From Candidatus Woesearchaeota archaeon (GTDB taxonomy: Archaea > Nanobdellota > Nanobdellia > Woesearchaeales > UBA11576): a stretch of DNA of 53,198 nucleotides. Location of the stretch: positions 1-53,198 of the forward strand of contig JACQXV010000027.1 of assembly GCA_016208715.1 (NCBI GenBank), given 5' to 3'. The position numbers and the translations under genes were made by a program. This document shows, piece by piece, positions 28,289 to 37,787 of the stretch; position 1 is the stretch's first letter; every line of letters begins with the position of its first letter. The notes beneath the pieces are model-generated. The model did no database searches. It saw nothing but the letters and a program-made list of their open reading frames with translations, and had not been told where the DNA came from.

Positions 28289-28954
28289 TTAGCGTTCAAA
28301 AATGGTTTTATCAATGAACAAGAGCTTGCGTTGAAGATCTTCGAGCGCGTTATGCAATGTTTCGAATTTCTGGTCACGGGAATTTTTCATGTCATTGATG
28401 TGTAAAAAAAAGTTTTCTTCTGATTTAAAGGTGACTTTGATCTCTTCGATATATTGTAATACTGAACGGTATTGATCCATGCGCACAAAGAGCGGTCCCT
28501 GCGCGATATGTACGTGAGCAGGCATGGGCATCAGAACAGAAGGAATTCCGTGTAGTTCAAGACCGGGGATTCTGGACGGGACATTTTCTTCCTCAGAGAA
28601 TCTGGCTGTGCTTTTTTCGAAATCTGGCGGGGGTGGAAGTTCGTCAAGGATCTTTCTTGGTCTGGGCGAGAGGCCCAGTGTTTCTTCAAGCGGTGGTAAT
28701 CCTGTAGGAGAGGGAGTAGGTTGGGCTATCATCCGCGGCTGCACCGGGGTCTGCGGCATGGGTGTTTGTGCTGGCAAAAGTTGTGAAGGAAGTGGCGGTA
28801 GCCCTGTTTCTTCAAGATGCGGCGCTTCTGATGGTGTAATTTCGCCAAATGGAGTGCCAGTATAGGAAGGTAACTCAGGTAGTGGAGGAAGTTCCATGCT
28901 CTGCGTTTCTTCCCCTTCTTTGTGCTGCTTGTTTAAGAAGTTAAAAAAGCTCAT
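28289..28954 (-). CDS. hypothetical protein, paralogue A of the tandem triplet, with a proline-rich (LPPLP) N-terminal region
   Basis: 221 aa. PLFVRMDQYRSVLQYIEEIK motif near the C-terminus. PxxP repeats. Confidence 0.55.
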   Translation of the reverse strand: MSFFNFLNKQHKEGEETQSMELPPLPELPSYTGTPFGEITPSEAPHLEETGLPPLPSQLLPAQTPMPQTPVQPRMIAQPTPSPTGLPPLEETLGLSPRPRKILDELPPPPDFEKSTARFSEEENVPSRIPGLELHGIPSVLMPMPAHVHIAQGPLFVRMDQYRSVLQYIEEIKVTFKSEENFFLHINDMKNSRDQKFETLHNALEDLQRKLLFIDKTIFER

Positions 28955-29268
28955 CTCTCTTTTTTGTCCCCCAAAGATTGGCCGTTGAAGGCTGTTATGA
29001 ACCAGTAGATACAGACAACAACCCTTATTGTTTATTTAAACTTATATGAGTATCGAAGGATAGTAACACTATCGAAAGCACGCAGCGATGCCCCTGCTTC
29101 CCTGTGTCGTTAGCGGTCTGTTCTGTTTTCGGTGGTTCATATTTTCAGTTTTTATGGAGAAAGTTGTGTTTCAAACGTTATTTTGTGAAAAAGTTTCATG
29201 CAGCAAGTTGTTTTTTCAGATGTTCTGAAAAAAGAACCGGTTTTCTTGCAATAGTGTTATGATGAATT

Positions 29269-31014
29269 GTGACCCGCGCTGCAGGGATGGTTCGCAGCAT
29301 ATTGCATTATTTGAAAGAGAGTAACTGGATAATGATCGTGAGCTTAATAACGAGCGTGTACGCGTGGTGTTCGATTGGTTTTGCCTCCGCGCTCGCGCTC
29401 GACTCCGAAGATAATGAGACTGCAGCCGTACGGATGGCCATACCGATGATTGCGGCAGAAGAAACTTCTGTCGACACGGCCATCGTCGCAACGAACAGCA
29501 GCCAAACGATTGTGATCCAAAATGAATCACAAAATGCTTCTAACAATTTTACCGCAAATACAACGCAAGCCCTCTGTGATATGAGTATAGCAATACAAGC
29601 GGACCAGGCAGTGCTGTCCGTTAACGAATCGTTGCGTTATAAATTTCTTGTCTCTCGCCGCAACGGCGCAAACGATAGCAACGATCAATATGCAGCAGAG
29701 TTCATCATTGAATATGGGATTCAATACGCGAATGGAACCAGCGTCCAAGCACCGGCGAATAGGACGAATGTTAATTCTGAAGTTTTTGTACCTGCTGGAA
29801 TCACAAATTCGACGGCGATCGTCATTATGGCGCGAGTGATTCCGTCATGCATCGATGTCAATGCAACCGATAATGAGGCAAATCTGTCGGTTCTTATTCT
29901 TTCACGCTATGAAAACATTACAAACACCACAAATATGCTTACACCGGACGCCAACGACTCGCGTATCACGCGCACGGGGACGCATACGGTGACGCGCACC
30001 GGGAACGAATTGCCACTCGAGTCGTACATTGTAGTGCTTAATGCAACCACGATGTTTGCATCCGGTAGCGATGCCGCGATTGCAATGGAGCTGTATCGTG
30101 GAAAAACCCGAAAGCGCACGGTGTATGCGTGGATCGAGTTCGAAGGGGAGAAAGTTTCTTCCGTCGCAAGGACAGCAGTAGACGCACAGTTTACAATCAA
30201 AAATGTATTGATGGTGATGCGTATGAAACAAGAGTGCTTCAAGGAAGGGGACCAAGGAGCCATTCGTGTAACAGGATTGGACAAAAACGTAACAGTGCCT
30301 GTGACATTTGGGTATGGCGGAGAAAAGTGCTTGAGTGCACAAGAAGGAAATCAGCGACAGCGGAACTCTGTAGAGAAAGACACCAAAGAAGTAAGCCAGG
30401 CGCAGCATGAACAAGATCCAACTGCATCGATTGACAAAAAATTGAACCAATACAAAATTTCTTACAATATCATTTCATACCCTAATGAAGTAGAATACAA
30501 TAAATCGTTTGATGTGCGTGCGCTGGTGCAAAATCCTTCGCAGCAAGATTTACAGATGACTGCGTGGGCCAAGATCGCTTCTTCGTCACGCAGCCATGAT
30601 CAATCAGAGAATGTTTCACTTATTGTCGCCTCTGGAGCAAACGTGACATTTGATCTCAAACTTGTTGCCCGCAATGATGCTCCCAACCAAACTGTTCGCG
30701 TCTTTTTCTTGCGAAGCGATCGCAAAAGACCAGTCATCCTGGCCGCACCCATCCAGGTCGTGTCCAAGCTGAAAGAGACGAGTTCAAAAATTCAGGAGCG
30801 ACAAAGGCTCGCCAGCGCTTCGCAACAGCAAAGTGCAACCAGCTCATACGATACATATAATAGAAACGCACCGGACCAGCATGAAAGAGATGCAGAGAAC
30901 CGCGGGGCAACAGTCTATGAATCAAGTACAGCAAAGTCGCGGCACCTGATCGTATATTTTTTGTTTGGAACTTTTCTTGTTCTCTTTGGGATGGTTGCGC
31001 TCAAAAGGATGTAG
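29269..31014 (+). CDS. secreted surface (S-layer-like) glycoprotein candidate: N-terminal signal, many N-x-S/T sequons, C-terminal TM anchor plus basic tail
   Basis: 581 aa; more than 25 N-x-S/T sequons; hydrophobic N- and C-termini. The true start is probably an internal Met (about 29287 or 29332). Confidence 0.6.
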   Translation: MTRAAGMVRSILHYLKESNWIMIVSLITSVYAWCSIGFASALALDSEDNETAAVRMAIPMIAAEETSVDTAIVATNSSQTIVIQNESQNASNNFTANTTQALCDMSIAIQADQAVLSVNESLRYKFLVSRRNGANDSNDQYAAEFIIEYGIQYANGTSVQAPANRTNVNSEVFVPAGITNSTAIVIMARVIPSCIDVNATDNEANLSVLILSRYENITNTTNMLTPDANDSRITRTGTHTVTRTGNELPLESYIVVLNATTMFASGSDAAIAMELYRGKTRKRTVYAWIEFEGEKVSSVARTAVDAQFTIKNVLMVMRMKQECFKEGDQGAIRVTGLDKNVTVPVTFGYGGEKCLSAQEGNQRQRNSVEKDTKEVSQAQHEQDPTASIDKKLNQYKISYNIISYPNEVEYNKSFDVRALVQNPSQQDLQMTAWAKIASSSRSHDQSENVSLIVASGANVTFDLKLVARNDAPNQTVRVFFLRSDRKRPVILAAPIQVVSKLKETSSKIQERQRLASASQQQSATSSYDTYNRNAPDQHERDAENRGATVYESSTAKSRHLIVYFLFGTFLVLFGMVALKRM

Positions 31015-31114
31015 CAAAAACCGTTTATACCTGCCGTATACTCGCTATAAACGCAGTTTTCGTGTGTTTGGTGTACAGAAAGATATATAAATTATCTGCG
31101 TTTCTTTTGGTGCG

Positions 31115-31774
31115 ATGGAAGTGCAAAGTCAGTCGCGAACACCGGTTGCTCCGGAACAAGCAAAGACAATGAAAAAACAGTTGTCAGACAAGGAGCGGCT
31201 TGAAAAAGGGCAGGTTCTCTCTCGCGTGATTCTTGAGATTGCAGGCGCTCCCAAAGAGCACGTGGACAAGTCCATCAAGCTCATCGTCGATTACGTCGCC
31301 GCAAGTGAAAAGTTTACGGTTGTTGCAGAAGAAACGTTTGAAGCTGAAAAGAAGGACGAAAATGAAGGGCTGTTTTCAGCATTTTCAGAATTGGAATTGT
31401 GGTTTTCTGATGTGAATTCGTTGTTAGGCTTCGCGTTTGATTACATGCCTGCGTCGATTGAGATTCTGCAGCCCGATGCATTGCGCATGCAGACGTATCA
31501 GGTGTCAAGCATCCTCAACGAATTATTGAACAGGCTGCACAAGATCGATTTGCAATTGAAGGTCACAAACGCAGAAAATCAACTAATCAACAAGAATGCC
31601 GCCCTCATTGTTCGAAACTTTCTAGTCTCGCTTCTCAAAGAAAAAAGTATGAGTCTTGATGAAATGACAACGCGCGTGGGCATACCGAAAGAACATCTTG
31701 AGGTGTTTGTCAAGCCCCTGCAGGAGCGCGGCATTCTTACGACGGAAGCAGGCGTCTATCGGCTCGCACGCTGA
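31115..31774 (+). CDS. hypothetical protein with a C-terminal winged helix. Possibly ScpA (kleisin), by position upstream of scpB
   Basis: 219 aa. Context only (scpA normally precedes scpB). Sequence similarity could not be verified. Confidence 0.35.
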   Translation: MEVQSQSRTPVAPEQAKTMKKQLSDKERLEKGQVLSRVILEIAGAPKEHVDKSIKLIVDYVAASEKFTVVAEETFEAEKKDENEGLFSAFSELELWFSDVNSLLGFAFDYMPASIEILQPDALRMQTYQVSSILNELLNRLHKIDLQLKVTNAENQLINKNAALIVRNFLVSLLKEKSMSLDEMTTRVGIPKEHLEVFVKPLQERGILTTEAGVYRLAR

Positions 31775-31784
31775 GGCGAATAAT

Positions 31785-32795
31785 GTGGCCACGGAAGCAC
31801 TCGACGAGATTAAGGGAAAAATTGAAGCGATCCTCTTTGCTGCAGGCCGTGCGGTTCCACTCGGCGAGTGTGAGATGCTCGCGCAAGTGAAGACTCCCGG
31901 GATTATCAAGGAGGCCGTCAATGAACTCAAGCAAGAGTACGACGGGCGAAACAGTCCGCTGATGATCGTTGATGAAGCTGAGGGTTGGAAACTTACCGTA
32001 CGAGAGAAATTCCTATCTGTCGTGCAACGCATTAATCCCGAAACTGAGCTCAGTAAAGCGACGATGGAGACGCTTGCGATCATCGCATGGCGTTCGCCAG
32101 TTCTGCAGTCGGAAGTGATTCATATTCGCACGAACAAGGCATACGACCATATCGCTGAGCTTGAAGAAACAGGATTTATCGGCAAGGAAAGGCGCGGCAA
32201 AACATACCTGATCAAGACCACCAAGAAGTTTTATGATTACTTTGATCTTCCCGATCAACAAGCAGTGAGGGAGCTATTCAAGGAATTCAAGGATCTTGAG
32301 CCGCAGAAGAAAATGGAAGACTTCTCAAAGGAGAGATCAAAGTCTGATGCATTGAAACTCGAGGTCTATGATGCTGCAGCACAAACAGTGACGTCGACAG
32401 TCTCGACACAGGAAAAAACGCGTGGCGCAGGGTCGGGCGGTCTTGAAGTGTTCGAAGTTCCTGAAGAAGAAATTGTAAGAGAAGAAGAAATAGGGCTTGC
32501 GCAGCAGCCACGTGTTCAGGAACAGGGCGCAGAAGTTCAAGCGAAAGCTACTTCCGCTCAGGAAATGTTGCAAGAGTCAGAAGCAGAAAAAACCCACCGG
32601 CTTGCGCGCGAATTGCTTGATGAAAAACACGAGTTGTTTTCTAAACTTCCCAAAGAAGAACAGAAAAAGAAGGAATCTCGTTCAAAACAAGATAAAGAAG
32701 AATTGGAAGCGCAAGAGACAACTGTTGATGAGTTTGAAGAGTATCCTGGACAGAAAATGAACTCTTCAGAAGACAGCAAATATAAGGATGTATAA
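31785..32795 (+). CDS. scpB: segregation and condensation protein B (ScpB) with a long acidic C-terminal extension
   Basis: IEAILFAAGRAVPLGE...TLAIIAW ScpB winged-helix pair. GTG start chosen at 31785; the ORF-track ATG at 31698 would overlap the upstream gene. Glu/Lys-rich tail of about 150 aa. Confidence 0.75.
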   Translation: MATEALDEIKGKIEAILFAAGRAVPLGECEMLAQVKTPGIIKEAVNELKQEYDGRNSPLMIVDEAEGWKLTVREKFLSVVQRINPETELSKATMETLAIIAWRSPVLQSEVIHIRTNKAYDHIAELEETGFIGKERRGKTYLIKTTKKFYDYFDLPDQQAVRELFKEFKDLEPQKKMEDFSKERSKSDALKLEVYDAAAQTVTSTVSTQEKTRGAGSGGLEVFEVPEEEIVREEEIGLAQQPRVQEQGAEVQAKATSAQEMLQESEAEKTHRLARELLDEKHELFSKLPKEEQKKKESRSKQDKEELEAQETTVDEFEEYPGQKMNSSEDSKYKDV

Positions 32796-32798
32796 TGG

Positions 32799-32978
32799 GT
32801 GGAAATTGTGGCATTCTTTTTCTTACTCCGTTGTCCGAAATGCGGCCACGAACAGCAGTATCACACACAAACCTCTTCAGTGGGAAATAAGCGCAAGTCC
32901 TGCGTGTATTGTGGCACATCCTTTGCTGTAAAAAATCAAGTCGTAAAGAACCTCCAGCAGTCAAACAAAGGAACTTAG
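32799..32978 (+). CDS. small C4 zinc-ribbon protein (CPKC...CVYC), GTG start; not in the ATG ORF track
   Basis: Manual translation: VEIVAFFFLLRCPKCGHEQQYHTQTSSVGNKRKSCVYCGTSFAVKNQVVKNLQQSNKGT*. Begins 4 nt after the scpB stop. Confidence 0.4.
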   Translation: MEIVAFFFLLRCPKCGHEQQYHTQTSSVGNKRKSCVYCGTSFAVKNQVVKNLQQSNKGT

Positions 32979-33041
32979 CGAAGTGCTCTCTTGATGGCTT
33001 CTCCCTGCAGTAGAAAGTGTTTACAAAACGCATTTTTCATA

Positions 33042-33197
33042 GGCTCTGTCCCGGGTATTGCTTTTGTGCTGCCGCTGCGCCACTCTCGCTGCACCGCTCG
33101 CTGTGAATATGAATGTAATCTTGTAGGCTAGATGATGCTGAATGTCATGTTCATCGCTTTAGCTCGCAGGGTGGCAGCGGCAGATTCGGGACAGAGC
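33042..33197. repeat. MITE-like element, family 2, TSD ttttca
   Basis: TIRs ggctctgtcccg...cgggacagagc; the internal sequence matches 27241 and 50518. Confidence 0.85.
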
Positions 33198-33462
33198 TTT
33201 TTCACAGTACGTGGAAAGCTTTGTCGGTAAGCGAACTTCGCCACATATGTACGACCAGCACCGCTCAGACGCGCTGCGCGCATCTTCGCTCATTTTCCGC
33301 CACAGCCAGCTCGTGAGCGGATACAGTTCATCTAAGGCCGACATTCCCCGATGGGGCATCCCCCTTGTCAGCACCCATACAGTTACTTTCATCCCTCGCA
33401 AAAGGGCGGTGGCGGAAATTGTGCTGGTCGTTAAGCTTAAGGTGAAGTTCGTCTAAGCTTTC

Positions 33463-33498
33463 CACGTACTTTTCACACAACACGTACTTTTCACACAA
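33463..33498 (+). repeat. tandem direct repeat 2 x 18 bp (cacgtacttttcacacaa) in the gyrA upstream region, next to an aagctta/taagctt hairpin
   Basis: Read directly from the sequence. Possible operator/promoter element. Confidence 0.5.
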
Positions 33499-33605
33499 AC
33501 ATTTAAAAAGAAGATGGTGTTCGACACGCTTCGGGAAAGCAGACATTTTCTCGCCGAGAATTGCGTACTTTTTGATGAGAGGATTTTCAACTGGGATTTT
33601 CAACT

Positions 33606-36140
33606 ATGTCACCTAAAAAAGTCGACCATAAGAAGGAATCACAAGCGGGATCGCAGCAGGATCAAGTAGCCTCCACGCAAAGCCCCCCGCAAGCGGACGA
33701 ACGCGTTGTCGCACGCGAGATAGCAGACGAGATGCGGAAATCCTATCTCGATTATGCGATGTCAGTCATTATTGGCCGCGCATTGCCTGACGTGCGCGAT
33801 GGGCTCAAGCCTGTGCATCGCCGCATCCTCTTTGCAATGAACGAGCTTGGAATGCTTTCAGGCAAGCCTTTTAAAAAGTCAGCAAGAATCGTTGGCGAAG
33901 TCATTGGTAAGTATCACCCACATGGAGATACTGCCGTCTACGACACACTCGTGAGGATGGCTCAAGATTTCTCATTGCGTTACCCTCTGATCGACGGACA
34001 AGGCAATTTTGGCTCAATAGATGGTGACAATGCTGCAGCGATGCGTTACACGGAAGCGCGTCTTTCAAAGATCGCAGAGGAAATTCTTGCAGATCTCAAG
34101 AAGGAGACGGTCGACTTTCAATCCAACTTTGACGGTGAGCTAGAGGAGCCAGTCGTGCTGCCGTCGAAATTTCCAAATTTCCTCGTGAATGGCTCATCCG
34201 GCATTGCTGTGGGAATGGCAACGAACATTCCACCGCACAATCTTCGCGAAATCGTGGAGGGCTTGGTCCATCTTATTGACCACCCGGAGGCGGCTGTTTC
34301 TGATCTCATGGAATTTGTTAAGGGTCCGGATTTCCCAACGGGAGGAAGTATTTTTGGAACGGCAGGAATTAAAAACGCGTTTGAGACTGGCCGCGGGAGT
34401 ATAAAAATCCGTTCGCGCTACGAGATTGAAGAGAAGAAAAATCACAAAAATATTATTGTTACAGAGATTCCGTATCAGGTGAACAAGTCCCAGCTGATTG
34501 AAGCGATCGCAGATCTGGTGCGGGATAAAGTCGTTCTTGGAATACATGACATTCGCGACGAGTCAGACCGAGATGGCATGCGAATCGTGTTTGAACTGAA
34601 GTCAGACGCGAATGCGGAGCTTGTGATAAATCAGCTCTTTAAGCACTCGCAGTTGGAGACAAGTTTTGGAGTTATCACGCTGGGCCTTGTTGACAAGACG
34701 CCAAAACTCCTGGGGCTCAAGCCGCTTATGCAGGTGTTTGTCGACCATAGAAAGGAAGTTGTGCGCCGAAGGACGCTGTTTGATCTGACGAGGGCGAAAG
34801 AGAAGGCGCACATCTTGGAAGGGCTGATCGTCGCGCTCGACCACATTGATGATGTAGTAACAAAGATTAAAAAGTCAAAGGACGGTGAAGCGGCAAAAGA
34901 GATGCTTGTGCGTGATTACAAGTTGTCCGAGTTGCAGGTCAAAGCAGTTTTGGACATGCGCTTACAACGCCTTGCATCACTCGAGCAGGAAAAGATACGT
35001 GCAGATCACAAGCAGACCCTTGAACTCATCAAGGATCTTGAGGACATTCTTGCGTCAGAAAAGCGGATCAAGGACATCATCAAGTCAGAGCTTGCTGATA
35101 TTGGTCAACGTTTTGGTGACGATCGCAAGACGCGGATTCTTGAGATTGATGGGGAAAAACAGGAGATAACGCAGGAAGACCTGATAGAAAAGCAGGATGT
35201 GGTTGTTACCATGTCTCACGCAGGATACATCAAGCGCTTACCGATTGACACGTATCGTCAGCAACGCCGCGGCGGCAAGGGAATCGTGGCCGCAGCAACG
35301 AAAGAGGACGACGTGATCGAGAATCTATTTATCGCTTCAACGCATTCAACAGTTCTCTTCTTTACGAATCGCGGTCAAGTTCATTGGCTTAAAGTGTACG
35401 AGATTCCTGAAGCGTCTCGTCAGGCAAAAGGCAAGGCGATCGTGAATCTCCTGGCACTTGAACCTCAGGAGAAGATCTCGGCGTTTGTTCCTGTGACAAT
35501 GTTTGATGATCGCCATTTTGTGATGATCGCGACAAGCCGCGGGGTAGTAAAAAAGACACCACTCATTGATTATTCTCATCCAAGAAAAGGGGGCATTGTA
35601 GGCGTCAAACTCAACGAAGGCGATGAGCTTATAGAAGCGGTGCTCACGGAGGGATCCGCGAGTTTGATTATCGCAACCGCGCACGGCATGGCGACGCGCT
35701 TTTTGGAAACCCAAGTTCGTCCCATGGGGCGCAACGCCGTCGGTGTGCGAGGCATCACCCTCAAGGATGGCGACACAGTGGTCGGCATGGTTATTGCCGA
35801 CGACGCCAAAAGCCTGCTGACAATAACGGAGCGGGGTTTCGGGAAGCGTACATCGATGGCAGAATACCGTATCATTGGGCGCGGAGGCGTCGGAGTTAAG
35901 AATATAGTCTGTTCCGATCGTAATGGGAGCGCGGTTGCAGTCAAGGAAGTGACAGACGACGATGATCTTATGTTTATCTCCAAGAATGGAATCATCATCA
36001 GGACACGGGCGGGAGGTATTTCACAGATAGGACGAAACACGCAAGGAGTCTGTTTGATGAAACTTGATCACGAGGATCGTGTCGTTGCGGCGGCAAAAGT
36101 GGTCAACGAAGACGAGGCGGTCTTGCAGGAAACTGCTTAA
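33606..36140 (+). CDS. gyrA: DNA gyrase subunit A
   Basis: 844 aa. [27 protein letters not shown]-terminus, active-site Tyr region, and C-terminal beta-pinwheel repeats with a GyrA-box-like QRRGGKG. Confidence 0.93.
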   Translation: MSPKKVDHKKESQAGSQQDQVASTQSPPQADERVVAREIADEMRKSYLDYAMSVIIGRALPDVRDGLKPVHRRILFAMNELGMLSGKPFKKSARIVGEVIGKYHPHGDTAVYDTLVRMAQDFSLRYPLIDGQGNFGSIDGDNAAAMRYTEARLSKIAEEILADLKKETVDFQSNFDGELEEPVVLPSKFPNFLVNGSSGIAVGMATNIPPHNLREIVEGLVHLIDHPEAAVSDLMEFVKGPDFPTGGSIFGTAGIKNAFETGRGSIKIRSRYEIEEKKNHKNIIVTEIPYQVNKSQLIEAIADLVRDKVVLGIHDIRDESDRDGMRIVFELKSDANAELVINQLFKHSQLETSFGVITLGLVDKTPKLLGLKPLMQVFVDHRKEVVRRRTLFDLTRAKEKAHILEGLIVALDHIDDVVTKIKKSKDGEAAKEMLVRDYKLSELQVKAVLDMRLQRLASLEQEKIRADHKQTLELIKDLEDILASEKRIKDIIKSELADIGQRFGDDRKTRILEIDGEKQEITQEDLIEKQDVVVTMSHAGYIKRLPIDTYRQQRRGGKGIVAAATKEDDVIENLFIASTHSTVLFFTNRGQVHWLKVYEIPEASRQAKGKAIVNLLALEPQEKISAFVPVTMFDDRHFVMIATSRGVVKKTPLIDYSHPRKGGIVGVKLNEGDELIEAVLTEGSASLIIATAHGMATRFLETQVRPMGRNAVGVRGITLKDGDTVVGMVIADDAKSLLTITERGFGKRTSMAEYRIIGRGGVGVKNIVCSDRNGSAVAVKEVTDDDDLMFISKNGIIIRTRAGGISQIGRNTQGVCLMKLDHEDRVVAAAKVVNEDEAVLQETA

Positions 36141-36209
36141 GGAAGAAGAGAGCGTGGCAGCTCATACGCATTATGACTGCAAGTATTCCTATGGCCGCAA
36201 GTATTCCTG

Positions 36210-37472
36210 TTGTTTGCTGAGGCTGCTATGACTATTAAGAAGGGCGGTGAACATAAAGGTGGTGAACATAGAACTGCTGTTGCGGCCGGTGCATGCGATG
36301 GAGCCCTCTTCACGCACGTAGGCCTTGAGGAACTGGCTGCACAAGAAATTTCTGAGATTCTGCCAACGAAAGGTCGAGTGGCTACGCCCGTTATTGGTTC
36401 AGGAGTAGTGTTGTGCACAAATGTCTCATTTCTTGATTTATGCATTCTTACGTATCGTTCCCAGATCGCGTCATCAGTCGTTTTGCTGGTTTCAGGAACT
36501 TCGATACGGACGCTTGAAGAGCTGCGCGATGAGCTCGGGAAAGAATCGATACTGCGGAATATTCGGCAGTTCGTGGCAAAGAGATCATTTGCAGTTCGTG
36601 TGCGCAAGGAGCAGGGTTTGGACGTTTCGACACGGGAGCAGGAGAGAGCTATTGGAGAACTGATCTTTACGTCGTGCTCTTCGCAGGACGCAACAGTTGA
36701 TCTCGAGAATCCAGCCATCACGTTTCTTGTGCACGTTTCCAAGCAGAATTGTTTTTTTGGAATCGATCTTGCAGGGTTTGACCTCGGCAAGAGAAATTAC
36801 AAGATATTTTTACACGCCGATTCCATCAAAGCAACAGTAGCGTACGCACTGGTGAGGTTGAGCGGTTTTTCTTCAAAAAAGAAAGTATTGGATCCGCGAA
36901 CAAAAAGTGGAAGCATTCCGATTGAGGCTGCGCTGTATGCTCTCGGTAGGTCGCCCCACCAGTACGAAAAGGAGCGTTTTGCGTTCCTCAAGATGGACGC
37001 CTTCAAAGACGCGACTAGTGAGGGCGAATTCTTTGCATTTGAAAACGCTGTTGATAAGGAGGCTGAAGTTGGAGACATTTTCGCATATGACGACAACGCT
37101 CGCAATGTGAAGGCCGCAGAGAGAAATGCGAAGATAGCGGGCGTGAACAAGAAGATTTATTTCAGTAGGACTGATATGGAGTGGCTCGACACAAAATTTG
37201 ATAAGGAATCTCTTGATTGTATTGCTGTAAACTGGCAGTCATCGTCGCGTCTCAGACTGCAGGAACAAAAAAAGGAAGACAAGTTGCTTGCCGAACTTTT
37301 TTACAGTGCAAAGTACATTCTCAAAAAGGAGGGCAAGATTGCGATCCTTGTTAAGGAGGGGCAAGATATGACCATGCACGCAGCAAAGCACGAGTTTGCA
37401 CTCGTAACTAATGTAGCCGTGATGCAGGGTCTCGAACAGTTACGGATACAGGTGTTCTCTCATCAATTATAA
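36210..37472 (+). CDS. THUMP-domain methyltransferase-like protein (Trm14/RlmL-like fold) with degenerate SAM motifs: probable pseudoenzyme
   Basis: 420 aa. Motif I reads DPRTKSGSIPIEAA (canonical DPMCGSGTIPIEAA). Motif IV reads IAVNWQSS instead of NPPYG. Confidence 0.55.
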   Translation: MFAEAAMTIKKGGEHKGGEHRTAVAAGACDGALFTHVGLEELAAQEISEILPTKGRVATPVIGSGVVLCTNVSFLDLCILTYRSQIASSVVLLVSGTSIRTLEELRDELGKESILRNIRQFVAKRSFAVRVRKEQGLDVSTREQERAIGELIFTSCSSQDATVDLENPAITFLVHVSKQNCFFGIDLAGFDLGKRNYKIFLHADSIKATVAYALVRLSGFSSKKKVLDPRTKSGSIPIEAALYALGRSPHQYEKERFAFLKMDAFKDATSEGEFFAFENAVDKEAEVGDIFAYDDNARNVKAAERNAKIAGVNKKIYFSRTDMEWLDTKFDKESLDCIAVNWQSSSRLRLQEQKKEDKLLAELFYSAKYILKKEGKIAILVKEGQDMTMHAAKHEFALVTNVAVMQGLEQLRIQVFSHQL

Positions 37473-37504
37473 GTCAAATGAGTAAGAGAAAAATAATAGA
37501 AAAG

Positions 37505-37662
37505 GGGTATTTGTTTAGCAGCGTCGCCACCGACCTGCGAGCTAACGGCTTTCACAGCGTCTCGCACGATTCTCGGTTCGGTAAGCGGCTTAACTTACAC
37601 AGCTAGCATCGTGTATGGCGAGCGTCGTGGCGACGCTGCGATGTGAGTAGCTAAACAAATAC
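37505..37662. repeat. MITE-like element, family 1, 8-bp TSD gaaaaggg
   Basis: TIRs plus a perfect flanking direct repeat. Confidence 0.88.
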
Positions 37663-37787
37663 GAAAAGGGTGTTTGTTTTGTGTTCGTGAAGCCTGCGAA
37701 CCAGTGCCCGCATTATCAGCCCCCAAAATCCAGCAGCGCACACGCTGCTCCGCTCAATTCACCTTTTTTTTCTTCTTTGAAAAGTAT

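Noticed and set aside
31698-31784. ATG start of scpB at 31698, overlapping the upstream gene by 77 nt
   Set aside because: The N-terminal 29 residues (MRCLSSPCRSAAFLRRKQ...) are Cys/Arg-rich and unlike ScpB. A GTG at 31785 directly precedes the conserved EALDEIKGKIEAILFAAG block. The shorter start is preferred but unproven.
33328-33603. 91-aa minus-strand ORF upstream of gyrA with an internal CEKYV-LCEKYV duplication
   Set aside because: The amino-acid duplication just reflects the 18-bp tandem DNA repeat in the gyrA promoter region. This is likely non-coding.
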